Source: the human T2T-CHM13v2.0 reference genome, Homo sapiens
DNA: 64,000 bases
NCBI RefSeq assembly: GCF_009914755.1
Contig: NC_060947.1
Strand: one strand, 5' to 3'
The notes beneath the pieces are model-generated. The model was not told where the DNA came from. It worked only from the letters and a program-made list of their open reading frames with translations, and did not search any database. This document shows, piece by piece, positions 45,735 through 57,690 of the stretch. Within the stretch, counting starts at the first letter, position 1; each line of letters starts with the position of its first letter. The position numbers and the translations under genes were made by a program.

Positions 45735-46630
45735 GAGCATTCATTGAGCAACTATTTAGTTTATAGTCACTATACTAGAATATAGTGATACAAAGATGAT
45801 AAACCATGATCCCTGTCCTCAGAAAAGATGGACGTATACATAGCAACTGTAATACGGTATGTAAGAACTATACAAGCAGTATGAATTGGGTTACTCAGAA
45901 CAATCGAGTGAGGGATTCTTCTGGCGCAGGAGGAATGGAAGTGGCTTCACATAGAAGGAGCTGAGAATGCAGAATGATGTAACAGGGCTTTCCAAGGTTA
46001 CCCCCAGGTTCAGTGATTCACTAAGAGGACTAACAGGACTCAGCAGATAGCATACTATGGCTATAATTTATTACAGCAAAAGGATACGGAACAAGATCAA
46101 CAAAGGGAGAAGGTATGTGTGAGATGACTACCAGAGGAAACCAGGCCCACGCTTTTAAGAGTCCTTTCCCAGGGGAGTCACACAGAATGCACTTAATGCC
46201 TTCAGCAGGAAGTTGTGACAACATGTGTGAAATGTTTTCTAGTAAGGAAATTCATTACAGACTCAGTGCCCAGAGATTTTACTGGGGGTTGTTCATGTAA
46301 ACGCCCTAAACCATACTGTCTGCACAAACAGTTTAGGCATAGTAAACCCATTTGTTATCAGAAAATGCTGGGAACCTTTCTGATATCTAAGTTTTCAGAA
46401 GCATAAATATTATGGCAATGTACTCAAAAGAACTGGGCCTCCATTTTAGGATTCCAGCTGAATGCTAACCTTGCAAGCAGTCCTTTCTAAGGACAGCAGC
46501 CTCAGGCCTGTTAGATTAACTCTTTTCTGCACAGGTGAATAGATCTGTCCAGATATAGTTGGTGGAGAAATGAATTCAGGCTGTGGAAATTTCAAGAAAG
46601 GGCTCGGATGTGTGGAAAACCGTTCAAAAC
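45735..46630 (-). mobile_element. L2 3' fragment split by MER21
   Basis: gcattcattgagcaactat...ccatgatccctgtcctcag...gtggcttcacatagaagg. Confidence 0.5.
45978..46533 (-). mobile_element. MER21 (B/C-like) solo LTR
   Basis: cccccaggttcagtgattcact, ggactcagca, gactcagtgcccagagattttactgggg, and end ctcaggcctg...ttaactcttttctgcaca. Confidence 0.88.
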
Positions 46631-47659
46631 ATTTCATTCAGTGAGATGTTTAATCTTAAGTGTTTCTGGGACTATTTGGAGTGTCAAGTTCACACTCCTG
46701 AGGCCTGACATGATTTCAGGTTCCCTGAACAGGCCCCATCTTGTAAAGAGGATTAAAATGGCAATTGTGTTAATTCGAAACATTTGGCCTCTGTTGTGTA
46801 CTTCATTCATGTGAAGATGTGATTCTAATTTAGAATATCCAGATATTTGTTTTAGTTCAGTGTTTTGTTGTCACAGTATATAAAGTTTCTGACCATAACA
46901 CCTTTGAAGTTGTATAGTTCAAAGGTCCCTGTTACAGTGCAACGGAGACTTCAGTTTCCTGGAGGAGAGTATGTACTTTCAAAGACGACATTTCAGAGCA
47001 TAGTACATTCATACAAGTGATCGACACAAAATGTCATTTTTGTCACTAGTACTTGTGGCATTAACTATAAGCTGTGGAGTTGTGCTTTTGTTTTCCCCCC
47101 AGCCAGATTGACATGCTTCAGTGCCTTTCAGATCCTACACTTGTACAACCCAAAACAGAACTATCCCTGTATTTCACTAGGAGAAAAATGAAAACTGTTA
47201 AGCTTATAAATATTTCACTACAGATTGCTGTATATTCGCTGCTCACTGTTGAATTCAGCTGCTATGAAATGCTAATAACTCTCTACTGAGGGCTTGAGAA
47301 CAACCTCTATTTCGATAAATATTATGGCGTGTACTGAATTATGAGTTCCGTACATTCACTGATAGACAAGATGGAATGTTAGCCTTATTAATGCAACTGG
47401 TGCAATGTACTCAAAAGAACTGGGCCTCCATTTTAGAGATTTAGCTGGTAAGGTACATGACCACTGTAACATGCATGGGCCTTAGTAGTATAAAATAGAT
47501 ATGAAATATTGTACAAATAATATCTCTGCTGTGGTTTGGAAATCTATTGGAAAATATATACATTTGTCTTATCTTCTGATTTGTTAATTACTCTTAGGAC
47601 ATTATGAGTGAATTTTAGAACTAAAAAGTCAGTATAAAAACAGATGGTTACATTTTGTG

Positions 47660-48235
47660 ATTATTAGCTTCCTGTGACTGCTATAAGAAATTGCCACAGA
47701 CTTAGAGGCTTAAAACAACACAATTTTTTTATCTTATAGTTGTGGAAGTCAGTCCAAAATCAGTTTTACAGGGCTAAAATCAAGGCGTAGGCAGGGCTTG
47801 GTCTTTTCTGGGGACTCTAGAAGGTAATTTGTTTCCTTGTCTTTTTCAGCTTCTAGAGGCTGCCTGTATTCCTTGACACATGACTGTTTACTCCATCTTC
47901 AAAGCCAGCAGCATAGCAATTCAATTCTCTCTCTTTCTCACTTCTCTCTCTCTCTTCAATTCTCTCTCTCTCTCTCTCTCTGTGTGTCTCTCTCTCTCAT
48001 CTCTACTTCCATCATCACATCTCCTTCCCTGACTCGGACCATTCTGCCTGCCTCCATCTTATAAAGATCCTTATGACTGGACCCACCCAGATATTCCAGG
48101 CTTGTCTCTCCATTTCAAGATCCTTAATCACATCTGCAAAGTCTCTTTTGTTTTGTCAGGTAACATAGTTACAGGTTCCAGAGATTGAGATTAGGACGTG
48201 GACATGTTTTGGGGATCATTATTTTGTCTCCTACA
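47660..48235 (-). mobile_element. MLT1D-like solo LTR containing a (CT)n tract
   Basis: ggcttaaaacaacaca, gggctaaaatcaagg, cagcttctagaggctgcctg, taatcacatctgcaaagtc, gattaggacgtggacat. Confidence 0.88.
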
Positions 48236-48605
48236 ACCCCAATAACTCTATTTTGTGTTATAAATACTGTGAATTATTCAGCACCAATACATGGTATTCA
48301 ATCAGATTTTGACCATGTCTGTCTATCCATCCATTCAGTAAATATGTATTGAGAACCTAATATATGTCAGGCAATGTTCTAGATGCTGAGGTGCAGTAAT
48401 TAACAAAGGAGACAAAGTCTTTGTTCTCATGGAGGTTGCATTCTAGAAGGGAACACATATAAATTAATATTGGATATGTCCTGAATATTTGGTCTATAAC
48501 AAAAAATAAGGCAGGATTAGATGGCATACTGTGTTAGTATATGTATGATGAGGGGTGCCATTTTATCACTAAGTATGGTCAATGATGTCCTCTCTGAAGA
48601 AGCAA

Positions 48606-49368
48606 TGTGATATGTTGAATAGTGGCCCCCAAAATATAGGTCCAAGTCTTAACCCCCGGTACCTGTAAATGTGATCTTATATGGAAATACAGTCGACCTT
48701 CAGTATCCACAGGTTTTGAATCCATGGATTTAGCCAACTGTGGATCAAAAATATTCTAAGAAAAAACAAAACAATAAAAACATACAAATAAAAACAATGC
48801 AATATAACAACTATTTACATAGTATTTACATTGTAATAGGTATTATAAATAATCTAGAGATGATTTAAAGTATACAGGAGAATGTGCATAGGTTATGTGC
48901 AAACTACATAATTTTATATCGGGGACTTGAGCATCCTTGGATTTTGATATCCACAGCGAGTCCAAAACCAATCCTTCTTGGATACAAGGAACAACTGTAT
49001 TGTAAGATCTTTGCAGATGTAATTCAGTTAAGAATCTTGAGATGAGATTATTCTGGATTTGGGTGGAGCTAAATTGAATTATAAGTGTCCTTATAAGAGA
49101 CAGAACAGGAGAAGCCACAGAGACACACAAAGAGGAAAGCCATGTGGTGCATTTACATGCCAACAAATGCCAAGGATTGTGGGCAACCACCAGAAGCTAG
49201 GAGAGAGACATGGAAAGGGTTCTTTCTCTGAGCCTCCAGAAGTAACGAATCCTATAGACAGCTTGATTTCAGAGTTCTGGCCTCCAGAACTGTGACAGAA
49301 TACATTTCTGTTGTTTTAAGCCACCTAGTATGTGTAATTTGTTGCAGCAGCGCAAGGATACTAATACA
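48606..49368 (+). mobile_element. MLT1C-like solo LTR split by MER2
   Basis: tgtgatatgttgaatagtggccccc ... ttctggcctccagaactgtga...ctaataca. TSD agcaa/ggcaa. Confidence 0.9.
48690..48997 (-). mobile_element. MER2 (TcMar-Tigger) element
   Basis: TIRs cagtcgaccttcagtatcc / ggatacaaggaacaactg. TA target duplication on both sides. Confidence 0.9.
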
Positions 49369-49867
49369 GGCAATGTTTGAGCAAATACCTATTTGAAATA
49401 AGAAAACAAGCCATACAGATACTGAAAGGAAAAGCAGTATAGGCAGAAGACACAATAAGTGGGAGACTCTCTGTGGTATTCAAATAACAACAATGGGAGA
49501 CAGTGTGACTAGAACCCAGAAAGCCAGGGGGAAGAGTGTTTGAAGATGATTCCAGAACTATAGTGCTAACCAGGTCGGGTAGGGAGGGTTTTGTGGGCCA
49601 TGGTAAGGACTTTGAATTTAATTCTGTTTATTATATATAAGCTAGAATAATTATGATTTACTGAAATGTAGTGTTTCTGGGCATGACAGTTTTAACTGCC
49701 AGAAGCAAATAATCGTGACACAACTGAATATTAACACAAAACATGAAGGTTGAATTCTGGTGAGCTCCATTGTGTTCCCAGTAACTTAACTATCACATTT
49801 TTAATAATGTTGGTCCTGGCCTGAATAACAAAATATATTGGTTCCTCCACCCCCAACACGCAACTAC

Positions 49868-50279
49868 TGTATTAGGCCATTATCACATTGCTATAAAGAA
49901 ATACCTGAGAGTGGGTAGTGAAAAGACGTTTAATTGGCCCACAGTTCTGCAGGCTGTATAGGAAGCATGGTGGCATCTACTCGGCTTCTGGGGAGGCCTC
50001 AGGAAACTTACAATCATGCAGAAAGGCAAAAGGTGAGCAGGCGCGTAACTTGGCAGAAACAGCAGCAAGAGAGCAAGGGGGGAGGTGCCACACTTTTAAA
50101 CAACCAGATCTTTTGAGAACTCACTTAGTATCATGAGGACAGCACCAAGGGCATGGTGCTATACCGTTCATGAGAAACCCACCCCCATGAACCAATCACC
50201 TCCCACCAGTCCCCACTTCCAGCACTGGGGATTACATTTCACGTGAGATTTGGGCAGGGACGCACATCCAAACTAATCA
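49868..50279 (-). mobile_element. MSTA solo LTR
   Basis: tgtattagg...gcttctggggaggcctcaggaaacttacaatcatg...catccaaactaatca. Perfect TSD ACTAC (49863-49867, 50280-50284). Confidence 0.95.
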
Positions 50280-50941
50280 ACTACTTATTTCTTTTTGTGT
50301 CTGCATATATAAAATCTGTTAGGTTTGGCTTTCCGTGCAACACTGTTTCATGTGTTATTAGTATCGCTGTTACACTCTGATACTCCCACAAGATAACCCT
50401 ACCCATCAATGAGAATTGAGGCCAGTACTGCAGAATGAGGATCCTACACAAAATACAGAAACCTTACTTGTTCACCAAAGGTGTGAACCAGTAGTAAAAT
50501 GAATGGATTTGTTTCCCGTCCCCTTGCTGGTCCCTGCTAACTCTGACTCTTAAAAGCCATAACATTTTAGCCAAAGAGGACGGAAGAAATAGACTCAAAA
50601 GTTGCTTATTAAAACTTGCAATATGTGTGCCAATAATTGCTAGAACTGTGTTAGAAATAAGGACATTGTAATGAGATAGGATGTTATTTTTCTAACATGA
50701 TGTCTCTATGTTAAGAGATAAAGGTCAAGTCCTAGGAAATGAAGGGCTACTTTTTAATGGCGTTGAAACCACGTAATGGGTAGGATTGTCTCTAGAAGAT
50801 CAGTAATGCACTGATACATAATCAATGGAAGTTTCTTAGGAGATACTTTATTTCTTTTAGCATTGGTTCCTCTCCCTACTATGTCAAATATAAATATTTC
50901 ACATTGTATAGCCATTAATCAAAGTAAAACTAACCACAGTC

Positions 50942-51045
50942 TATATATATATATATACATATATATGTATATATGTATATATATGTATATACACACACAC
51001 ACACACACGTATATATGTATATGTACTCTGTATGCATATATACAC
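50942..51045. repeat. (TA)/(CA)/(TG) compound microsatellite
   Basis: Directly visible. Confidence 0.92.
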
Positions 51046-52961
51046 AGTGAATTTTAGCTTATGTCCCTATGGGCAGGGAAGAGAACAAAAGATGCATATA
51101 ATAATTCATCTCTGCTCATTTTCCCATGCTCCTTCATTTTGTGTATCATCTCACATGCAAATTAAAATGTTCTAAATGACAAAAGAAAATCTCAGTTGTG
51201 GGAAATTAAGCATAAAATGTGGACTGAATCTTGATTTTGAAATCCTAAGGGTTACTAAAAATAGAACATTTCACACCCCTTTCAAGGGAGCACCTGCTAA
51301 ATTCATTTGAGTCAAATGTAGAAATCTCTGTAATTCGAGTAGATAAGGATAATCTAGAAATAAGACCACGAGCAGAGGAATGGTCAATGTTTTTTGTAGC
51401 CAACAGCTTTGAAATATGCTTATAGAAAACATTGCTTAAATCAGGACTATTTTAATTCAGAAGGAATCTACCCATGGCCTACTAAATTATCATCAGAGAG
51501 GTGGTCACCACACATTGGTTTAGTGACCAAGCTTGACATCAGAAGGCCTGAATTCTGCTTCTGCTTTTATTATTAGTGAGATAACTGATCTCATGCAGGT
51601 CATTTAATTTCACTGTAATTCAAGTTCTTTATATTTACACTGAGTTGTGTAAAAATTTTAAAAAACAAAATACAGCATCATTTTAAGCTGCATAAAAGGT
51701 AGAAAATATATCATTTTTAAATATCACCAATGTTATCAAAATCATATATCCAGACAAGGGATCTAAGTAATTTATCTATATAGATGGCATAGATAGACTA
51801 CATACACTACTTATGTTCCTCATTTTGAATGTGAACAGATTAGCCATAGCAGTAAATTCCATCGCTGAAGAAAGTTAAATACCTTTAAGAAAAATACAAG
51901 CCTGTCCTTCCAGTTGTAATTTTCTTTCTTAATGTGCTTTATCTTTGATTTGACATAATGAAGGTTTTTATCCTGTGCCCAGAAATACAAAAACATGAGA
52001 TCTAAATATCTTTTTTGGTTACTTCCCCGTGCTTTTTCATTTTGTTTTGGTTTAATATACAAATTAAAATGTTTTAGAAAATATTGCCAAATTTGTACAT
52101 TTTGAAGTTTTATTCTGGAAATATGATCCATTCTGCTTATTCTTTTAAAATACTACATATTTTCATTAAAAAATGATCTGATGTAATAAAAAAAAGTTTT
52201 TGCTTGAGAATTGTATCAGTAGATACAATTCTCAAATAGAAGAGTTCAACTCTTTACAGATGATCAGAAGTATATTTCCTTTAAAAAAGTGAAACTTAAA
52301 AATCACACATTTTTAGATGATGACAGTTTCTTTTGTAGGAGAGTGTGTACCTTTACAAGATACAAAGAGAAAGAACATTTGTTATCACAATCATAAATGC
52401 AAATTGTGGACTCAGCCTAGAAACTTAAAAGATCTGTGTAGAATGATTTTTCTCCCCTTTTATTTCCAGTTTAATTGTTTTCTGTCATAGACTTTTATTG
52501 AAACAAATACATGCTACTGATTCTTCCCTAATCTTACGTGGCTAAAGCTAATCTTTCTTACTATTTGCTTAGTAGAAAAAAAGCAAACAGCACCACATAT
52601 TTTTTTTCTTTTCCAAAATATAGCAAAAAAAAAAAAACATCCTATTATTTCATTCCAAAAGCAGTAGTCCTTTTCAGACTTGTGCAGAGCAGCTTATCCC
52701 ACAGGGATTTCAAATAGTAACTCATTGGATGCAGGTGATAAGGACTTTCTATGAAAGGCCAAAGCAACTAAATAGTTATGGTTTTTGTTTGTATTTAATA
52801 TTATTTTGTTGTGGATGCGTTAGTCATATTTTTTCAAAGGGAAGCAATCAAGTGTGATAGAAATTATGATGGAATGCAGACTGGACTACTGTCAAGAGAG
52901 CTGAGCTCTGGTCTGGACTCTGTCACTGACTTAGTATGTGCCTCTAGTTTCCATGTTTTTA

Positions 52962-53253
52962 TTTTATTTTGAGACAGAGTCTCACTCTGTCACCCAGGTT
53001 GGAGTGCAGTGGTGCGATCTCGGCTCACTGCAACCTATGCCTTCCGGGTTTCAAGCAATTTTCCTGCCTTAGCCCCCCGAATAGCTGGGACTACAGGTGT
53101 GCACCACCATACCTGGCAAATTTTTGTGTTTTCAGTAGAGATGGGGTTTCACCACGTTGGCCAGGCTAGTCTCGAACTCCTACCCTTAAGTGATCCACCC
53201 ACCTCAGACTCCCAAAGTGCGGGGGTTACAGGCATGAGCCACCACACCCTGTC
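52962..53253 (-). mobile_element. AluS (Sx/Sz-like) inserted in a MIR remnant
   Basis: Antisense dimer. 12-bp TSD tccatgttttta (52950-52961, 53254-53265). Confidence 0.96.
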
Positions 53254-53559
53254 TCCATGTTTTTAAAATAAGAACAGCAAGATTTGCTCTTACCAACCTC
53301 ATGGGAATAACAGCAAGAAAAAAAAATGGGTAAGCTACCAAAAAAATCTTTTATTTTTAAGAAGAAATGTAGTTTTCTATTTTTGGTATATTATCAAATT
53401 CTCCCTTATGTTCTGACTTACATTAAACCATTACATGTAAACATGTAAATAAATATTGATAGTCTGTCTTGAAGCCTGACTCTGATACCTGAAACCTGAA
53501 ATACAGTCCTAATTCTATAGACTGTATAGTCTGAAATGTATTATAAGGAAGAGACTCTT

Positions 53560-54090
53560 TTAGGTGCTGGGATACCTGGTGACCAAGATAACCCAGTTCC
53601 CCTACAAGTTTGTATTCTATGAAATAGACAGGCCCTATACAATGAAACAAGCAAATATTTTCTCAGGTATTGATTAGTGCTGTAAAGAAAAGTAAAGCCA
53701 GCTAACTGAATAGAAAGTGTCAGAGGAGGGGGGACACTTTCATGAAGATTGGTAAGAGAAGACCTGTCTGAGATGGTGACATAAGACCTGAAACCTGAAT
53801 ACTGAGAACAACTGAGCTATCGAAAGCTTTAGAGACAAACATTCCAGGCAGAGGGAACAACAGGACATAAGGCTCTTGAAGCCTGAAGAAGCGTGACAAG
53901 ATGGAGGAACTTGAGGCTTACTGGCCTGGACAGAAATGAAGGGGGAAGAGAGCTTTGGATCAGGTCGAAGAGGCTGCCAGGGGCTAGATCAGACAAGATC
54001 TTGCAAACCGTGAAAAGGAGTTTTTATTTTATTCTCAATAAAAAGAGAAGTCATTGGAAAAATAAGCAGATTGTTAAAATGACCTCAACA
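53560..54090 (-). mobile_element. L2 fragment
   Basis: gaagacctgtctgagatggtgacat, cattccaggcagagggaacaacag, gtgaaaaggagtttttattttattc. Confidence 0.75.
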
Positions 54091-57000
54091 TGACAGAATT
54101 GAGTTGGGGAGGGTGTCCTCAGAGTATTACCCAGAGAACTTGGCCCCAAATCTTTTACAGATTTCTCTTCCTCTCCTCAAACTTTCCCACTCTTGAGTGG
54201 CTAAAATCTTAATCTCTTTCTCTGTCTCTCTCAACAAGAGTGAACCCGATGCACTGCTTTTCCTTTTAACATCTTCTTTGGCATTTAAGGGCACCTGAGT
54301 GTAGTCCCTTGGGAAAGTAGATTTTCTTCTTCTTCAAATAAGGTCATCACATTCTTCAAAGAAGAAAATTCTGGTGAGTGAAATTCTTCCTTTCTGCCCA
54401 CCATCTACCTACTTACTTAAACCTTAGCAGTCATCTGTCAAGGGGATCAGTGTTTATTTGTGCATCCAGTAGCACTTTCTTGTCATAGCCCCATGACCCT
54501 GCTCCTTCAGATTTTCTCAAGGACCTCTGGAGATGTTTCCAGGTTAGGCATAGCCATGTGTTTCAAAATGCAGTCCACCAGTTCCAGGACCCAGGACAGA
54601 AAGAACTGCCTGTGCCAAATCTTGTTGAGGCTTAATTGGGACCTTAAGGACCCTTCAGGACCTCTAAGGCCTTTCCAAAGAGCAAGAACATGTGATTCCC
54701 GGATGAAAAGCCTCATGGTTCACGGCTGCCACAATTGAGGTGGTGCAGACCACCCTCTCCCCTGCTGGAGCCCGTAAGGCTCGGTGTGGGTGGCGACTGT
54801 GGAAAGCAGGGCAGGAATACATTGCCTTCCAGAAGGAATTCACCTTATTGCTGCTCGTGGGGACAGTGTTAGCTGGTATGCTTTGGCTTCAGGCAGCTGT
54901 GCCTCAGTTCACCCTTCAGCCAGTTTTTATTTTTCAGTCTTGAGCAGCTTCACAGACAGTAACAATGCAGCCTATATTCTTCCACTAAACGCAGTCTAAG
55001 ATTATTCAATAATATTTGGCTATTAGTTGTTCCCACAATAACTTCATCTCGAACTTCGAGCCTTCCAAATTCAGTGTTTTGTTTCATCCTGGATAGACCT
55101 TGATGAGAGTTCTTCCTATTCTTTATGTAAATAATACCAAGAACTTTCTCCCTTTCCTTTGAGGAGGTAAAGTTAGGAATTTGACATCTGAATCCCAGTA
55201 TCTGTCCAGATTGCCATGTTCACCTTTAAGTCAGTAAGAAAATATGCCTTCAAAACTGCATTTTGATTCGTTTCTAATGGAAAAGGTGGGGCAGTGGCAT
55301 AAACAAAAATCTTGAAGACCCTCATATATACAGTCTCAGTACTTCTAACTTTAAAATCATCTTGACCCATATTTCTGTATCTCTCTGGTTGTATTTTTAA
55401 AACCACCAAGGCTCCTGTCTGATTTATCATGCCCCTTTATCTCTTAAATCCTGGAGTTATGTCAGCCATGATGAAAATATACAATAAGCTCAGCTTTTTA
55501 TCCAAGTTGTGGCTGGATACCTTTGGGACACAATTCTGAAAAAGTAGTCCCAAATATCGCCCGATTATATAGTACTTCCCCTCAAAAGGCTGGTAATGCA
55601 CCCATGCAAACAAGAACAAATTGAATAACTCAATTTCCAGAAGGCCACTGAAATAATGTAGAGCCCTGAAGGAGAATTTCTATAGGGGATTTCAACTGGT
55701 TTATCATACTGAAATTATTTTCAAGAATCCTTCTAGACATTTATTGGTTTCTCAAAATTGTCCTGTTTAAGGCAGTAACCAAAACATCTTGCCTTTTCTG
55801 TCATGCCTACCCCTTTGAGTTCACTTCCTTCGTTTCTGTGCAGTGATGCTCTGTCTTGGCTTATCTGTACATAGGTCACTCTCAGACATGCATAGACCTG
55901 GGGGAGCTGTAGGTCCTTTTCTGTTCTGATGGCTTTTCTTGTGGGTTCTATCTCCTTTTCCCTTCCCCACTACCATGCCCATAATTCTATCAAAGAAAAA
56001 GAAAAATAATAGTAAAAACAAGAAGCTGTTCTTTGTTGTGGCTCATTGGTAAGCAAAAGATTCCATTTACTTTAACAAATATATATAGATTGCCTACTGA
56101 ATATTATGGACTGCAGCAATCAGAATAGCAAGTTATTCTTAAAACATAGTGATGCTCTTAAAGTGTTTTAGCTTTGAATTGAGCTGTCTGCTTTGATTCA
56201 AAGTCACACAGAGACTGCTCTTGGAAATTTTCCCATAGGCCCAGGGGCCACTCCTCGGATTTACAGCAATGAAAACGTAAATGAATCTGCTCACTTAAGG
56301 GAGACCAAGCTGTGCAGAAGTGGTGAATGTTAAGCCAACTTGCCAGAAACTGATTTATAAACCAGAATGCTGATTCATTAAATGAAATGGGAGATGAATC
56401 TGGTAAGATAACCGGCATCAATCATTTGAACAGGGTACTCCCTCTTAATGAATAAGCTCATTGAAGAAACTAAATTGCAGATCAGAAGGATTTTTGGTAC
56501 AGGGAATTAGAAGAGAAAAAAAAAGTGTTAAGGGGCATTCCCTTAAACTCAGTTTACTCAATTTGTTCCTCCCCATTTTGGAAGTCTTTCAGTCTACGAA
56601 TCTGGCAGCAGACACTGGAATGATGTCACTCTTGGGCAGTTCTTGCCTTTCATCTAACTTTGATCTCTTCTTCATTCATACCACCAAACTTTTTTTGGGA
56701 CAACAAAGCCCTAACATTGTTACACAAATTTAGGTCAGAGTTTATTTTGTATTCATGACAGTTAGTCTCCTGTACCTTTAGGAGATAAACTACAGAATCC
56801 AGTAAAGAGATTTGGGAAGTACCTTAAACTCATCAGCAACTATCTATATAAACCATTTTTTTATAGTCAGTTTTTTCAACAGATGAATAACCATGTCTGT
56901 TTCAGCTTAATGCTTATTAGCTTCAATTTTCAAGAGGTGACTATTTTCCTCATTCAATTTAGCAGCTACTTACTGAGCTCCTCAAGAGCAAGAAAAGTCT

Positions 57001-57399
57001 CCAGAGGAAACAAAAATGAGCAAGGCAATCCTTTATGAAGTTTACAGTCAGATTTGAGCAATAACAACAATAATAATGAGCACAAATAATTATGGCACAG
57101 AATTAAGAAATCATGTAAGAGAGTCTGTTCCAGAAAATGAGGCAATCACACAGCTGACTGTGAGAATCCTGTGGCTTTTGACTTGGACCTTCTAGGGCAC
57201 ATGGGGTTTTACCAAGAGAGATAAGAAACTGTTTCATGCAGTTGAAGAGACCTTGGTGAGACACAGCATTTAGAGAGAAAAGCCCCAGACACATTCAGAG
57301 AAAATAATGGGATGGACCCTATTTGAAGACTGCAAGGAGTACATGTAAAAACTGATCTGCCAATTCTATTATGGCTTTAAAAAAAAAAAAAAAAAACAC

Positions 57400-57690
57400 G
57401 GCCAGGTGCAGTGGCTCACACCTATAATCCCAACACTTGGGAGGCTGAGGTGGGAGGTCCCTTGAGCCTAGGAATTCATGACCAGCCTGTGCAACAAAGT
57501 GGAACCCAGTCTCGAAAAAAAGAAAAAAAGAAAAAAAAATTAGCCAGGCATCATAGATCACTTGAGCTCAAGAGGAGGAGGCTTTAGTAAGCCGTGATTG
57601 CACAAACGCACTCCAGCCTGGGCAAAAGAACAAGACCCTGTCTCATAAAAAAACAAAATCTAAGACACAACAAAACAAAAAACAAAAGCC
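57400..57690 (+). mobile_element. AluJ (Jo-like) with ~45-nt deletion in the right arm
   Basis: ttagccaggcat jumps to catagatcacttgagc, lacking the cctgtagtcccagctac...gaggctgagg segment. Confidence 0.92.

Larger units (their letters stand above)
48325..49630 (-). mobile_element. L2 host element split by MLT1C
   Basis: atccattcagtaaatatgtattgagaacct...gtcaggcaatgttctagatgctg. Resumes at 49374 (tgtttgagcaaatacct...gtgggccatggtaaggactttgaattt). Confidence 0.75.

Noticed and set aside
54343-54373. Possible 31-nt plus-strand micro-exon (ttcttcaaataag|GTC...CTG|gtgagt)
   Set aside because: Consensus donors occur many times by chance in 64 kb. Not a multiple of three and no supporting neighbouring exons.
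54420-54960. Locally GC-richer segment with several short ORFs
   Set aside because: No recognisable protein. Possibly an old LTR, but I could not assign a family, so it is not called.
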